Origin: an uncultured bacterium
Lineage (GTDB): Bacteria; Bacillota; Clostridia; Oscillospirales; Oscillospiraceae
Reading direction: 5' to 3'
Length of the DNA stretch: 64,000 nt
Assembly: GCA_947564255.1 (NCBI GenBank)
Contig: CANOBV010000001.1
Coordinates: forward strand, 5,404-69,403
The notes under the pieces are model-generated. The model was not told the origin of the DNA, did not search any database, and saw only the letters and a program-made list of their open reading frames with translations. Positions 8,921-19,456 of the stretch are shown one piece after another. Made by a program: the position numbers and the translations under genes. Position 1 is the first letter of the stretch, and each line of letters opens with the position of its first letter.

Positions 8921-10237
8921 TCATTCTCCTCCATCTTTTATAATGATATGCAGGGCGGGTTCCCCAGGCCGGGCCAGACAGGCCTTTTCCGGACCGAAGC
9001 CGCCCAGGGCGGCGGCCCGTTCCCCCAGGGCCAGCACCGGGACGTGTGCCCGGCGGCTTACGGGGACCTTTCCCTCGATCATGAGTTTTTTTACTGTTTT
9101 TGCGGGGCGTTCTCCCAGAACGAGCTTGTCGCCCTCTTTGCGGGAACGGAGCAGGTATGACCCCGGCGCCAGATAGAACTCCCAGGGGCTGAGGCAGGCT
9201 TTGGCCGGACACACCGCCTTGGCGCAGGAGATGGTCCAGCTGCCCCAGTGCTGCTCCCCCTCCTCCAGCGCTGCGGGGGCGGGCGGGGGAAGGTCCGGGC
9301 CGTGGGAGAACACCAGCAGCTTGTACTGCCGCCGGACGCTCCCGCCGGGGACATGGACCTGAGCGGAGGGGTCCTCCCCCAGGGCAAGGGCCAGAATGCT
9401 TTCCAGGTGGACCGCCTCTCCCCCCAGGCCCGCCCGCTCCAACAGCTGGCCGCAGGCCCGCAGGGCGATGGGCCGGGGCGTCTCCCGCAGCAAATCCACG
9501 TTGACGGCCACGCCGTCCGGGATGTCCAGCCCCTGCCCGCTGATCTGGGCCGCCTGCCGGGACAGCTCCGCCTCGTCCTCGCCGAACCGGGCGGCGGCGG
9601 CGGCGATGTGGGCGGCGGCCTGGGGGTTCAGCTCCTCCAGCAGGGGCAGGAGCTGACAGCGCACCTTGTTCCGGGTGTAGGCCGGGTCGGCATTGGTCTC
9701 GTCCTCCACGTGGGGGACGTGGTGCTTCTCCAAATACGCCAGAATCTCCCGCCGGGTGACGTTCAGCATGGGCCGGACGACGCTCCCCCGGCGCTCCGGT
9801 ATCCCCGTCAGGCCGTTGAGCCCGCAGCCCCGGATGAGGTTCATCAGCACCGTCTCGGCGTTGTCCCCGGCGTGGTGGCCGGTGGCGATGAGGTCCAGAG
9901 CCTCCTGCCGGGCGGTCTCCTCCAGGAAAGCGTACCGCACAACGCGCCCCGCCTCCTCAATGGACAGCCCTTCCCGCCGGGCAAACTCCGCCACATCGGC
10001 ATGGCCCGCGGTGAGGGGAACGCCCCTCTTTCCGCACCAGCCCCGGACGAACTCCTCGTCCCGCCGGGCGGTGGGACGCAGGCCGTGGTTCAAATGCGCC
10101 GCGTGGACGGTCCAGCCGTATCGTTTCTCTCCCTCCAGCAGGCGGCACAGCAGGTACATGGAGTCCGCCCCGCCGGACAAGGCGCACAGCACCCTGCTTT
10201 TGGGGGGGATCAGGTCAAACCGGAAGGCGTCCATCAC
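8921..10237 (-). CDS. tilS: tRNA(Ile)-lysidine synthetase
   Basis: SGGADS PP-loop, NHGLR, TGHHAGDNAET, DETN...YTRNKVR. Confidence 0.93.
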   Translation of the reverse strand: MMDAFRFDLIPPKSRVLCALSGGADSMYLLCRLLEGEKRYGWTVHAAHLNHGLRPTARRDEEFVRGWCGKRGVPLTAGHADVAEFARREGLSIEEAGRVVRYAFLEETARQEALDLIATGHHAGDNAETVLMNLIRGCGLNGLTGIPERRGSVVRPMLNVTRREILAYLEKHHVPHVEDETNADPAYTRNKVRCQLLPLLEELNPQAAAHIAAAAARFGEDEAELSRQAAQISGQGLDIPDGVAVNVDLLRETPRPIALRACGQLLERAGLGGEAVHLESILALALGEDPSAQVHVPGGSVRRQYKLLVFSHGPDLPPPAPAALEEGEQHWGSWTISCAKAVCPAKACLSPWEFYLAPGSYLLRSRKEGDKLVLGERPAKTVKKLMIEGKVPVSRRAHVPVLALGERAAALGGFGPEKACLARPGEPALHIIIKDGGE

Positions 10238-11598
10238 AAATCCTCGTCGTCATACTGGTAGGACAGGTTGCGGAAGGTGGTGAACTCCGGCCTCCACTCC
10301 AGCATGACGGTGCCCGTCTCGCCGTGGCGGTTCTTGGCCACGATGCACTCGGCCACGTTGGGATTTTCCGCGTCGTCCTCATAGTAGCTCTCCCGGTAGA
10401 GGAACATGACGATGTCCGCGTCCTGTTCGATGGCGCCGGAGTCCCGCAGGTCGGACAGCATGGGGCGGCGCTGGCCGGTGGAACGGCTCTCATTGGCGCG
10501 GGAGAGCTGGGACAGGCAGATGACCGGGACATTCAGCTCCTTGGCCATCAGCTTCAGGGAGCGGGACATGTCGGACACGATCTGCTGGCGGTTGTCGCTG
10601 GCCTTCGGGGGCCCGCCCGCCGAGGTCATAAGCTGAAGATAGTCGATAATGACCAGCCCCAGGTCGTCGATGCGGCGGCATTTGGCGTTGATGTCCGCCA
10701 CGGACAGGGAGGCGTCGTCGTCGATATACATTTTGGCCTGACTCAGGGAGGCCACGGCCATGGCCACCCGGCCCCACTCCTCCTCCCCGGTGATGCGGCC
10801 GGTGGACAGCTTTTTGTTGTCCATCAGGCACTCGGTGGACACAAGGCGCATACCCAGCTGGGCGCGGCTCATTTCCAGGGAGAACACCGCCACGCTCTTG
10901 CCCGAGTGCTTGGCGGCCTCCACGCCGATATTCATGGCCAGGGAGGATTTGCCCACGCCGGGCCGGGCGGCCAAGATGATGAGGTCGGAGTCGTTCAATC
11001 CGGAGATGCGCCGGTCCAGGTCGATGAGGCCGGTGGAGATGCCGGGGAATTCCCCCCCCTGGGCCTGCCGCTCCTTGACGGTGTCCCACACCTCGTTCAT
11101 CACGGCGGAGATATGGCTCATTCCCCGGGCGGATTTGCCCTGGCGGATGGCGTAGATGCGCTGTTCCGCGGCCTCCAGCACCTGGGCGGCGGTGCCCGCC
11201 TCGGTGCGCACCATTTCGCTCAGCTCTCCGGCGGTCTCGCCAACCCGGCGCAGCAGGGCCTTGTCCGCCACGATGTCCACGTATTCCATGACATTGGCGG
11301 CGGTGGGGGTGATTTCCATCAGCTGGCGCAGGTAGGGGATGGTGGTGCTCTCGTCATAGACCCCCGCCTGCTTCATCCGGTCCACCACCGTCACCGGGTC
11401 GATGGTGTCGAAGCGGTTGAACATGGTGAACAGGACCTGAAACAGCTCCCGGTTCTGGCGCATGTAAAAATCGTCGGGCAGCAGGCGCTCCATCACCGGG
11501 GGGACGCACCGCTCGTCGATGAGGATGGAGCCCAGCACCGCCTGCTCCGCCATGACGGAGTGGGGCATTTGCAGTTCGTTCAGTTCCTCTCCGGGCAT
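10234..11598 (-). CDS. dnaB: Replicative DNA helicase
   Basis: PHSVMAEQAVLG, ARPGVGKS, IDYLQL, LSQLSR, DLRDSGAIEQDAD; start re-set to the ATG after GAGGAGG. Confidence 0.96.
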   Translation of the reverse strand: MPGEELNELQMPHSVMAEQAVLGSILIDERCVPPVMERLLPDDFYMRQNRELFQVLFTMFNRFDTIDPVTVVDRMKQAGVYDESTTIPYLRQLMEITPTAANVMEYVDIVADKALLRRVGETAGELSEMVRTEAGTAAQVLEAAEQRIYAIRQGKSARGMSHISAVMNEVWDTVKERQAQGGEFPGISTGLIDLDRRISGLNDSDLIILAARPGVGKSSLAMNIGVEAAKHSGKSVAVFSLEMSRAQLGMRLVSTECLMDNKKLSTGRITGEEEWGRVAMAVASLSQAKMYIDDDASLSVADINAKCRRIDDLGLVIIDYLQLMTSAGGPPKASDNRQQIVSDMSRSLKLMAKELNVPVICLSQLSRANESRSTGQRRPMLSDLRDSGAIEQDADIVMFLYRESYYEDDAENPNVAECIVAKNRHGETGTVMLEWRPEFTTFRNLSYQYDDEDL

Positions 11599-11714
11599 GT
11601 GGACCGCCTCCTCACAAGTTGCGCTCAGGGGCGTTCCGTTTTGGAGAAAGCCCCTTTGCTCCGCCGTCCGCCGCACCCTCACAGAGCCTGAAGAGAGGCG
11701 CTGCGGGGGCGCCG

Positions 11715-12164
11715 TTATTTATCCTCGACCACCAAAACATTGACCGTGCCGGACACCTCGCTGCCCAGCTTGCACTTCACTTCAAAAGCCCCAAAAGACT
11801 TGATGGGGTCGCCCAGCACGATTTTGCTCTTGCTCACATCGAGGTCAAACTGCTTTTTCAGCTCCTCGGAGATCTCCTTGTTGGTGATGGAGCCGAACAG
11901 CTTGCCTCCCTGGCCGGCCCGGGCCCTGATTTTCACCTGTACGCCTTTGAGACGCTCAGCCAGGGCCTGGGCGGCGGCCTTCTCCTCGGCCAGCCGGGCC
12001 TGCTTGGCCTTGTCCTGCATCTTCATCGTGTTGACGTTCTCGGCGGTGGCCTCCACGGCCAGCTTCCGGGGCAGAAGGAAGTTGCGGCCGTAGCCGTCAG
12101 ACACCTCCACCATCTGGCCCTTCTTGCCCTGGCCCTTCACGTCCTGCTGTAAAATGACTTTCAT
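11715..12164 (-). CDS. rplI: 50S ribosomal protein L9
   Basis: MKVILQQDVKGQGKKGQMVEVSDGYGRNFLLP; GKLFGSIT. Confidence 0.96.
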   Translation of the reverse strand: MKVILQQDVKGQGKKGQMVEVSDGYGRNFLLPRKLAVEATAENVNTMKMQDKAKQARLAEEKAAAQALAERLKGVQVKIRARAGQGGKLFGSITNKEISEELKKQFDLDVSKSKIVLGDPIKSFGAFEVKCKLGSEVSGTVNVLVVEDK

Positions 12165-12287
12165 GATGCGTTCCTCCAATTTTGGTACGGGAGCAAATCC
12201 CGTGAGAATATTTTATACCTGCGCTTGTTGTCACACCGCGCCTGTTGCGGCACACTTTTGGGGCCCCCGCAGAGCCGCCCTCCGCGC

Positions 12288-14303
12288 TCACGACGGCTCC
12301 GCGCTTCCTTCCTTATCGCCGTCAAAATAACGGTCCAGCGCCTCGTGGAGCTCGGCCAGCGCCTGCTCCACCGTCTTGCCCGGAATCTGGGCCCCGGCGG
12401 CCCCGGCGTTTCCGCCTCCGCCCAGCGCCTCCAGGATGACCTGCACGTTGGTGGCGTTGAGGCTGCGCCCGGAGATGACCACCCGCCCGTCCTCTGGGTA
12501 GAGCACGAAGGAGGCGCCGATGCCCGCGATGTTGAGCAGTTCGTCCGCCGCCTGGGCGGCCGTCACCCGGCCCACCGGATGGGAAGACACGGCGATGGCG
12601 GTGTCTTTGCGGTATATTTTGGCGTTTTGAATGATGCCGTATTTGGCCACCGCGTCGTCGAGGCCGATTTGGAACATCTTGCGCACATGGCTGGTGTCGC
12701 CGCCCGCCCGGCGGAGCATGGCCGCCGCTTCAAAGGTGCGGCCCCCGGTGCGCATGGTAAAGTTTTTGGTGTCCAGCATCAGTCCCGACATCAGCGCCTC
12801 CGCCTCTCCGGGCAGCAGGTCGGTGGGCTCCATCAGATAGCCGATGAGTTCGCTCACCAGTTCGCAGGTGGAAGAGGCGTAGGGCTCGTGAAAATTGAGG
12901 TCCGCCCCCTCGATATAGGTGGCGGCGCGGCGGTGGTGGTCAATGACCGCCACCTTATTGCAGGAATCCAGCAGCTCCCGGTTCTGGACCTGCTCGGGCC
13001 GGTTGGTGTCCACCACCACCAGCAGGGAGCGGGAATCCGCCCGGAGCATGGCCTCCTGGCTGTCCAGCAGCACCCCCTCGTACTGGGGAATTCTCGCCAC
13101 CCGCTCATAGAGGTCGTCTGCGGGGGTGGAGCCGTGGTCCCGGACGATATAATGGGGAACCCCCTTCATACGGGCAATGGCGCACACGCCGACAGCCGCG
13201 CCCACCGCGTCGAAGTCCGGAGTGCGGTGTCCCATGACGATGATGCAGGAGGCGTCCGCCACCAGCGCGCCCATGGCGGAGGCCATCACCCGGCTTTTTA
13301 CCTTGCCCCGGCGCTCCGTCTCCTTGCTGCGTCCGCCGAAAAATTCAAAGGTAAATCGGTTTTTGATCACCGCCTGGTCGCCCCCGCGGGACAGGGCCAT
13401 CTCCACGGACAGGTTGGCGAAGCGGTACAATTCCTCGAAGGTGTCCGCGTCCACGCCGATGCCGATGGACACGGTGGCGGGGATGCCGGCGGGGTTGACC
13501 ACCTCCCGCACGCTGTCCAGCAGGGAGAACCTGTCCTCCTTATAGCCGTCCAGGTACTGCTCCTCGAAAAGGCACAGGTAGCGGTCCCGGTCCAGCCGCA
13601 AAAAGGCGCCCTGGGACCGCTCCGCCCACACGGTGAGCCGCTGGACGATGCTGCTGAGCATGGCGGAGCGGATGTTTTCGTCCTGATTCTTGATGGCGTC
13701 CTCGTAGTTGTCCAGCAGCAGCAGGGCCAGGACCGGCCGGGTGGCTTTATAGATGTCCCGAGTGTCCGCCAGGTCGGTGACATCCAGCCAGTAGGTGGTG
13801 GCCAGCAGGCCCTCCTCCTGCTCCGCGGTGGCCCGGGCCATGTCGCCGAACACCTGATAGCGCCGCCCGCCCAGCTCCACCTCGCCGGGGCACTGGTTTT
13901 TGCCCTCCAGCAGCCACCGGCTGTCGAAGGCGGGGGCCAGGTCGGACAGCTTTGTGTCGAACATCCGCTCCTGCCCGCCGGTAATGTGGAGGAAACGGTC
14001 GTTGGTCCACACCACCTCGTCGGTGTCCGGCCGGAACATCACCAGGGGCAGGGGACAGTTGAGGGTGCTGTCCCGGGTGGCCTGGTCCATGCTGTCCAGA
14101 ATTTCCTTCAGAAACCGGTCTGCCTCCCGCTTGCGCCGAAAGGCGGTGGCGAGGTAGGCCGCCAGCAGGGCCCCCACTACAATCAGCTCCGCCACCGCCG
14201 CCTGAGTCTGTCCCAGCAGGGCGGTCACGCCGCAGAAGGCCAGCATCACAACAAAGTACAGCCCGATGCGGGGAGCCAGCATCCGCGTCAGCTTTTGATA
14301 CAC
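12288..14303 (-). CDS. gdpP: Cyclic-di-AMP phosphodiesterase GdpP (TM-PAS-degenerate GGDEF-DHH/DHHA1)
   Basis: RGGDQ, MGHRTPDFD, VIDHHRR, GGGGN motifs; gdpP-rplI-dnaB synteny; GTG start at 14303 chosen (alternative 14312). Confidence 0.9.
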   Translation of the reverse strand: MYQKLTRMLAPRIGLYFVVMLAFCGVTALLGQTQAAVAELIVVGALLAAYLATAFRRKREADRFLKEILDSMDQATRDSTLNCPLPLVMFRPDTDEVVWTNDRFLHITGGQERMFDTKLSDLAPAFDSRWLLEGKNQCPGEVELGGRRYQVFGDMARATAEQEEGLLATTYWLDVTDLADTRDIYKATRPVLALLLLDNYEDAIKNQDENIRSAMLSSIVQRLTVWAERSQGAFLRLDRDRYLCLFEEQYLDGYKEDRFSLLDSVREVVNPAGIPATVSIGIGVDADTFEELYRFANLSVEMALSRGGDQAVIKNRFTFEFFGGRSKETERRGKVKSRVMASAMGALVADASCIIVMGHRTPDFDAVGAAVGVCAIARMKGVPHYIVRDHGSTPADDLYERVARIPQYEGVLLDSQEAMLRADSRSLLVVVDTNRPEQVQNRELLDSCNKVAVIDHHRRAATYIEGADLNFHEPYASSTCELVSELIGYLMEPTDLLPGEAEALMSGLMLDTKNFTMRTGGRTFEAAAMLRRAGGDTSHVRKMFQIGLDDAVAKYGIIQNAKIYRKDTAIAVSSHPVGRVTAAQAADELLNIAGIGASFVLYPEDGRVVISGRSLNATNVQVILEALGGGGNAGAAGAQIPGKTVEQALAELHEALDRYFDGDKEGSAEPS

Positions 14304-14436
14304 CTCGACCACCTCTTTCTGCCGCAGCCCGGAGAGGGAGCGTATTCCATAGATATTAGATTATACCAAAACAAAACGGTAAAAACAAGGGCGGCGTGAC
14401 ATTTCGGCATTTCTGTTATTTTATTTAAATCAAGGC

Positions 14437-14465
14437 TTGATAAGTTGGGGCGGGGATGATAGAAT
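14437..14465 (+). promoter_or_regulatory. sigma-A promoter for the V-ATPase operon
   Basis: TTGATA-17 bp-TAGAAT with TG extended -10. Confidence 0.6.
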
Positions 14466-14529
14466 CTTTATTTGAAAATGGGGGAGAATCCCGTGTTTCC
14501 TCCTGACAAGTTAAGAGAGGTGAAGTATT

Positions 14530-14844
14530 ATGTCTTTAGAGGCCATCCAAAAGGTCACTGAGGCTGAGCAAGCCGCCAGAGAGCGGCGGGCCGAGGCGGC
14601 GGAGGAGGCCAAGCGCATCGCGGCAGACGCGGAACGGGCGGGCAGGCAGCTTGTCGCCGACGCCCGCGCCAAGGCAGAGCAGGAGGCCAGGGCCATGCTG
14701 GCCGAGGCCGAAACACAGGCCCAGAGGGAAGCGGAACAGACCATGGCGGATAACGCCGCCCGGTGCGAGGCGCTGAAGCAGGACGCCCGCAAGCGTCTGG
14801 ACAAGGCCGCCGGCCTGGTCGTCGGAAGGGTAGGGAACAGCTGA
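14530..14844 (+). CDS. V/A-type ATPase peripheral stalk subunit H(G)
   Basis: A/E/R/K-rich coiled coil (EAIQKVTEAEQAA), first gene of the ntp operon. Confidence 0.75.
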   Translation: MSLEAIQKVTEAEQAARERRAEAAEEAKRIAADAERAGRQLVADARAKAEQEARAMLAEAETQAQREAEQTMADNAARCEALKQDARKRLDKAAGLVVGRVGNS

Positions 14845-16850
14845 TGGCCATTGTCAAAATGAAACGGCTGCGGCTGCTGGCCCTGCGCCCCGACCGGGAG
14901 GAGCTGCTGCGCGCCCTGCAGAGCCTGGGCTGCGTGGAGGTGCGGGAGCCCGCCATCGACCTGAGCGACCCCAGGTGGGCGGACATGGCCAAGCCGGACT
15001 TGTCCGGACTGGAGCGGGCCAGGGAGCAGAGCTTGCAGCTCAACGCCGCGCTGGACACCCTGCGCCGGTACGCCCCGGCCAAGGACGGCCTTTTCGCCCA
15101 GCGGCCCCAGGTCACCGAGGGGGAGCTGTTCGACGAGGGGGTGTATGCCCAGGGACTGGACGCCGCCCGCCGGGTGATGGAGGGGGAGCAGGCTTTGGCC
15201 GGCAAAGCGGCGGAAAAGGCCAAGCTCCAGACCCAGAAAGCGTCCCTGGCGCCCTGGACCTGCCTGGACGTGCCTCTGGAGGAGGAGGGAACGGCCACAG
15301 TGCCGGTCCATTTCTGCTCAGTGCCCGGCAAGACGGACTTCGCCGCGCTGGAGGCGGCGGTGGGCCAGTCTGCGGAGCTGGCCCAGCTCATCCGGGCGGG
15401 AAGCGACCGGGAGCTGCAGTATTATCTGCTCATCTGCCACCACTCCGCCGTGTCCCGGTGCTATGAGGCCATGCGGCCCTTCGGCGCCTCCAGGGTCACC
15501 CTGCGGGGCTGGACGGGGACGGCGGCGGCCAACACCGCCCTGCTGGACAACCGCATCGCCGCGCTGGAGCGGGAGGAGGCCGAGTGCAAAGCCGCCTTGT
15601 CCGCCCTCGGGGAGAAGCGGGAGCTGCTGCGCCGCTGCGTGGACCGGGCCTCCCAGGAGATCAGCCGGGAGGAGAACAAATCCCGGCTCATCGACACCGA
15701 CGCGGCTTTTGTGCTGGACGGCTGGTTCCCCGCCGCCAACGAGGGGGAGCTGGGCAAACTGCTGGGCGGTTTCCAGTGTGCCTGGGAGACGGCCGACCCC
15801 ACCCCCGACGAGTACCCCGAGGTGCCCATCAAGCTGAAAAACAATGCCGTCACCGCCCCCTTCACCGCCATCACCGAGATGTACGCCATGCCCGCCTATG
15901 ACACGGTGGACCCCAACCCTTTGATGGCCCCCTTCTTCATCGCCTTTTTCGGCTTCATGATGAACGACATCGGCTACGGGGTGCTGATGGTGCTGGGCAC
16001 CGCCGTCTTCCTGGCCAAGGCCAGGCCCAAGGGGACCATGCGCCACATGATGTCCATGTTCTTCATGTGCGGCATCAGCTCCGTCTTCTGGGGCTGCCTC
16101 ACCGGCAGCTTCTTCGGCGACTTCCTGTCCAAGCTCTTCGACCTGACGGGCGCCGCTGCGGCCGTTCCCGGCTACCACGACGCGGCCGGGTCCTTCATCT
16201 GGTTCTGGAAGCCCTTGTTCACCCCCATCAACGACACCATCACCGTCATGATCGGCTCCATGATTCTGGGCGTCATCCAGGTGTTCGTGGGCATGGCCGT
16301 CAGCGTGGAGGAGAAGTGCCGCCACGGCCAGCCCCTGGACGCCCTCACCCAGGAGGGCGCCTGGTGGTGCATCCTCATCGGCGCGGGGCTGGCCATCGGC
16401 GGCCCTATGATCCCGGGCGCCCCCGCCGTGCTGGGCACCGTGGGCATGGTGGTGCTGGTGCTGGGCGTGGTGCTGCTGCCGGTGGGCAGTATTATCCGCT
16501 CCAAGAGCGCCATCGGCGCCGTCACCTGGATCTGGGACGCCTACCAGGGCATCTCCGGCTACTTCAGCGACATCCTGTCCTACCTGCGCCTCATGGCCCT
16601 GATGATGGCCGGCTCCATCATCGCCTCGGTGTTCAACACCCTGGGGTCGGTGTTCGGGCTGGTGCCCTTCATCATCGTGGCCATCATCGGCAACACCCTG
16701 AACCTGGTGCTCAACCTGCTGGGCTGTTATGTCCACACTATGCGCCTTCAGTGCCTGGAGTTTTTCGGGCGCTTCTATCAGGACGGAGGCAAGGCCTTCC
16801 GTCCGCTTGCAGTGGAAACCAAATATGTAGATATTAAGGAGGAAATGTAA
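14844..16850 (+). CDS. ntpI: V/A-type ATP synthase subunit I (a)
   Basis: MAIVKMK start, PAYDTVDP, SDILSYLRLMAL, HTMRLQCLEFFGRFY. Confidence 0.93.
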   Translation: MAIVKMKRLRLLALRPDREELLRALQSLGCVEVREPAIDLSDPRWADMAKPDLSGLERAREQSLQLNAALDTLRRYAPAKDGLFAQRPQVTEGELFDEGVYAQGLDAARRVMEGEQALAGKAAEKAKLQTQKASLAPWTCLDVPLEEEGTATVPVHFCSVPGKTDFAALEAAVGQSAELAQLIRAGSDRELQYYLLICHHSAVSRCYEAMRPFGASRVTLRGWTGTAAANTALLDNRIAALEREEAECKAALSALGEKRELLRRCVDRASQEISREENKSRLIDTDAAFVLDGWFPAANEGELGKLLGGFQCAWETADPTPDEYPEVPIKLKNNAVTAPFTAITEMYAMPAYDTVDPNPLMAPFFIAFFGFMMNDIGYGVLMVLGTAVFLAKARPKGTMRHMMSMFFMCGISSVFWGCLTGSFFGDFLSKLFDLTGAAAAVPGYHDAAGSFIWFWKPLFTPINDTITVMIGSMILGVIQVFVGMAVSVEEKCRHGQPLDALTQEGAWWCILIGAGLAIGGPMIPGAPAVLGTVGMVVLVLGVVLLPVGSIIRSKSAIGAVTWIWDAYQGISGYFSDILSYLRLMALMMAGSIIASVFNTLGSVFGLVPFIIVAIIGNTLNLVLNLLGCYVHTMRLQCLEFFGRFYQDGGKAFRPLAVETKYVDIKEEM

Positions 16851-16851
16851 A

Positions 16852-17340
16852 ATGGTTGCTTTTTTTGAAATGGTAGGCGGTCAGGCTCTGGCCTTCATCG
16901 GCTTCGCTCTGGCGGTTGGCCTGTGCTGTATCGGCTCTGCCAAGGGCACCGGCATGGTGGGTGAGGCCGCCACCGGCGTCCTGTCCGAGACCCCCGAGCA
17001 CTTTACCAAGTGCATGATTCTCCAGGCCCTCCCCGGCACCCAGGGCCTGTACGGCCTGGCCGCCGGCTTCTTCGGCCTGTTCACCCTGGGCTTCTTCTCC
17101 GGCAGCCCCGCCCAGCTCACCGTGGGCGACGGCATGGCCATCCTCTTCGCCTGCGTGCCCATCATGCTGGGCGGCCTGCTCTCCGCCATCGCCCAGGGCC
17201 GCGTGGCCGCCGCCTCCATCAACATCGTTGCCAAGAAGCCCGACGACTACATGAAGGGCGTCATCATGTGCGGCATCGTGGAGTTCTACGCCATTCTGTC
17301 CCTGGTGGGCACCATCCTCATGCTGATGTACGCGCTGTAA
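16852..17340 (+). CDS. ntpK: V/A-type ATP synthase subunit K (4-TM proteolipid, Na+-binding signature)
   Basis: LPGTQGLYG, SAIAQG, GIVEFYAIL. Confidence 0.93.
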   Translation: MVAFFEMVGGQALAFIGFALAVGLCCIGSAKGTGMVGEAATGVLSETPEHFTKCMILQALPGTQGLYGLAAGFFGLFTLGFFSGSPAQLTVGDGMAILFACVPIMLGGLLSAIAQGRVAAASINIVAKKPDDYMKGVIMCGIVEFYAILSLVGTILMLMYAL

Positions 17341-17379
17341 GCAGACCATTGATTTTCAGAAAGGCGGTAAGCCAAGCTA

Positions 17380-18066
17380 ATGAACGGAATTGAAAAGATT
17401 ACCGCGCGCATCGAGGAGGACGGCAAGGCTGAGAACGAGGCCCTGCTGGCCCAGGCCCGGGCTGAGGCGGCGGACATCACCGCCAAGTATCAGGCCCAGG
17501 CCAAGGCCGAGGCGGACGAGATTCTGGCCCAGGGGCGCAAAAACGCCGAGGAGCGGGCCCGGCACCTGGACACCATGGCCCAGATGGAGTGCCGCAAGGC
17601 TCTGCTGGCCGCCAAGCAGGACGTGATCGAAGAGGCGTTCCAGCTGGCCCACAAAAAGCTGCTGGAGCTGCCCAGTGAGAAATACGTGGCGCTGCTGGCC
17701 GAGCTGGCGGTGAGCGCCTCCACCACCGGGCGGGAGAAGCTGATCTTCTCCCCCAGCCACCGGGCCCAGGTGGGCAAGGCGGTGGTGATGGCGGCCAACA
17801 AGAAGCTGGCCGAAGCCGTCTCCCCCAAGCTGCCCGAGGAGGTCACCGAGACCCGCGCCGGGGCCGTGCTGGACAAAGTGGTATCCGGCGCGTCGGCTAT
17901 CCTCAGCGGTACGGGGATGCTCACCCTGGCCGAGGAGACCCGGCCGATGGACGGCGGCTTTATCCTCTCCGACGGCGCGGTGGAGGTCAACTGCACCTTT
18001 GACACCCTCATCCGGCTCCAGCGCGGCGCGCTGGCGGGCGAGGTGGCCAAAGTGCTGTTTGACTGA
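17380..18066 (+). CDS. ntpE: V/A-type ATP synthase subunit E
   Basis: MNGIEKITARI coiled coil; C-terminal GGFIL...EVNCTFDTL. Confidence 0.88.
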   Translation: MNGIEKITARIEEDGKAENEALLAQARAEAADITAKYQAQAKAEADEILAQGRKNAEERARHLDTMAQMECRKALLAAKQDVIEEAFQLAHKKLLELPSEKYVALLAELAVSASTTGREKLIFSPSHRAQVGKAVVMAANKKLAEAVSPKLPEEVTETRAGAVLDKVVSGASAILSGTGMLTLAEETRPMDGGFILSDGAVEVNCTFDTLIRLQRGALAGEVAKVLFD

Positions 18067-18104
18067 CCGAACCCTTTCAATTGAAAGCGAAAGGGGGAGA
18101 AAAC

Positions 18105-19115
18105 TTGTCAAAAAAGGTTAAGAAGCTGAAAGAAAACGACTTCCTGTCCATTTCCGCCCGGGTGCGGGTGCTGGAAAACCGCCTGCTGACGGCGGAGCGG
18201 ATGGAGCGGATGATCGACGCCAAGGACGTGAACGACGCGGCCAAGGTGCTGGGCGAGTGCGGGTATCCCGACCTGCCGGAGGCCACTCCGGCGGCGCTTG
18301 AGGCCATGCTGGCCCAGGCTCAGGCGGCCCTGTTTGAGGATATGGGCAAGGCGGTGGGAAATCCGGCGCTGATTGACGTGTTCCGCTGCAAGTACGATTA
18401 TCACAACGCCAAGACCCTGGTGAAGGCGGAGGCGCTGAAGCTGAACCAGGACCGGCTGCTGCTGGGCGGCGGACGGTACGACCCCAGCCTTCTGGCGGAG
18501 GATTACCGCAGGGAGGACCTGCGCGCCTATGCCGAAACGTTCCGGGAGGCCGTGGGCCGCGCCCGGGAGGTGCTGGGCTCCTCCGGCGACCCCCAGCAGG
18601 CCGACTTTATTCTGGACCGGGCCTATTTCCAGGAGCTGTCCTTCCTGGCCGGACAGTCCGGCAGCAAGTTCCTGGAGGGCTATGTGGCCACTCTCATCGA
18701 CGGGGCAAACCTGCGCTCCGCCGTCCGCGCCGCCCGGCTGGACAAGGGACCGTTGTTCCTGGAGCAGGTGTTGGTGAACGGCGGGACTGTGCCCGCGGAC
18801 GCCATTGCCAAGGTGAGCGGGAGCGAGCTGGGCAAGGTGTTCAAGGACACCGGGTTTGCCGCCGCCGCCGAGGCGGGGGCCGCCCTGGCCGTCCCCAACG
18901 GCGGGGCCCTCACCGAGTTCGAGCGCATGTGCGACGACGCGGTGATGGCCTACCTGGCCAAGGCCCGGATGATCCCCTTCGGGGAGCAGCCGGTGGTGGC
19001 CTACCTCTACGCCCGGGAGGCGGAGGCCACCGCCATCCGCATCATCCTCACCGGCCGCATGGCGGGCATCGACGGCGGCACCATCCGCCAGCGCCTGCGC
19101 CGGGCCTACTGTTAA
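18105..19115 (+). CDS. ntpC: V/A-type ATP synthase subunit C
   Basis: SARVRVLENRLL, KYDYHNAK, PFGEQPVVAYLYARE; TTG start after GGGGGAG. Confidence 0.9.
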   Translation: MSKKVKKLKENDFLSISARVRVLENRLLTAERMERMIDAKDVNDAAKVLGECGYPDLPEATPAALEAMLAQAQAALFEDMGKAVGNPALIDVFRCKYDYHNAKTLVKAEALKLNQDRLLLGGGRYDPSLLAEDYRREDLRAYAETFREAVGRAREVLGSSGDPQQADFILDRAYFQELSFLAGQSGSKFLEGYVATLIDGANLRSAVRAARLDKGPLFLEQVLVNGGTVPADAIAKVSGSELGKVFKDTGFAAAAEAGAALAVPNGGALTEFERMCDDAVMAYLAKARMIPFGEQPVVAYLYAREAEATAIRIILTGRMAGIDGGTIRQRLRRAYC

Positions 19116-19128
19116 GGGGGAAGACTTT

Positions 19129-19446
19129 ATGGCAAACAGCTATCAGATCGCCGTGCTGGGCGACAAGGACAGCGTCATGGGCTTCAAAGCCCTGGGGCTG
19201 ACGGTCTTCCCTGTGGAGAACGTGGAGCAGGCCCGCGCCGCCCTGCACAGAATTGCCAGGGAGGAGTACGCGGTGGTCTATCTCACCGAACAGATGGCGG
19301 CCCAGATGGAGGCGGACATCGCCCGGTACAAGGACGAGCTCACGCCGGCGATCATCCTGATCCCCGGCAAGGAGGGAAGCCTGGGGCTGGGCATGGCCAA
19401 CATCAAAAAGTCCGTGGAGCGGGCCGTGGGAGCGGACATCCTGTGA
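19129..19446 (+). CDS. ntpG: V/A-type ATP synthase subunit F
   Basis: IAVLGDKDSVMGFKALG ... VERAVGADIL. Confidence 0.92.
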   Translation: MANSYQIAVLGDKDSVMGFKALGLTVFPVENVEQARAALHRIAREEYAVVYLTEQMAAQMEADIARYKDELTPAIILIPGKEGSLGLGMANIKKSVERAVGADIL

Positions 19447-19456
19447 GGGGGACGCT

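Noticed and set aside
14466-14529. Na+-sensing riboswitch in the V-ATPase leader
   Set aside because: Only one weak hairpin in about 60 nt, and I cannot match a consensus from memory. An Rfam scan would be needed.
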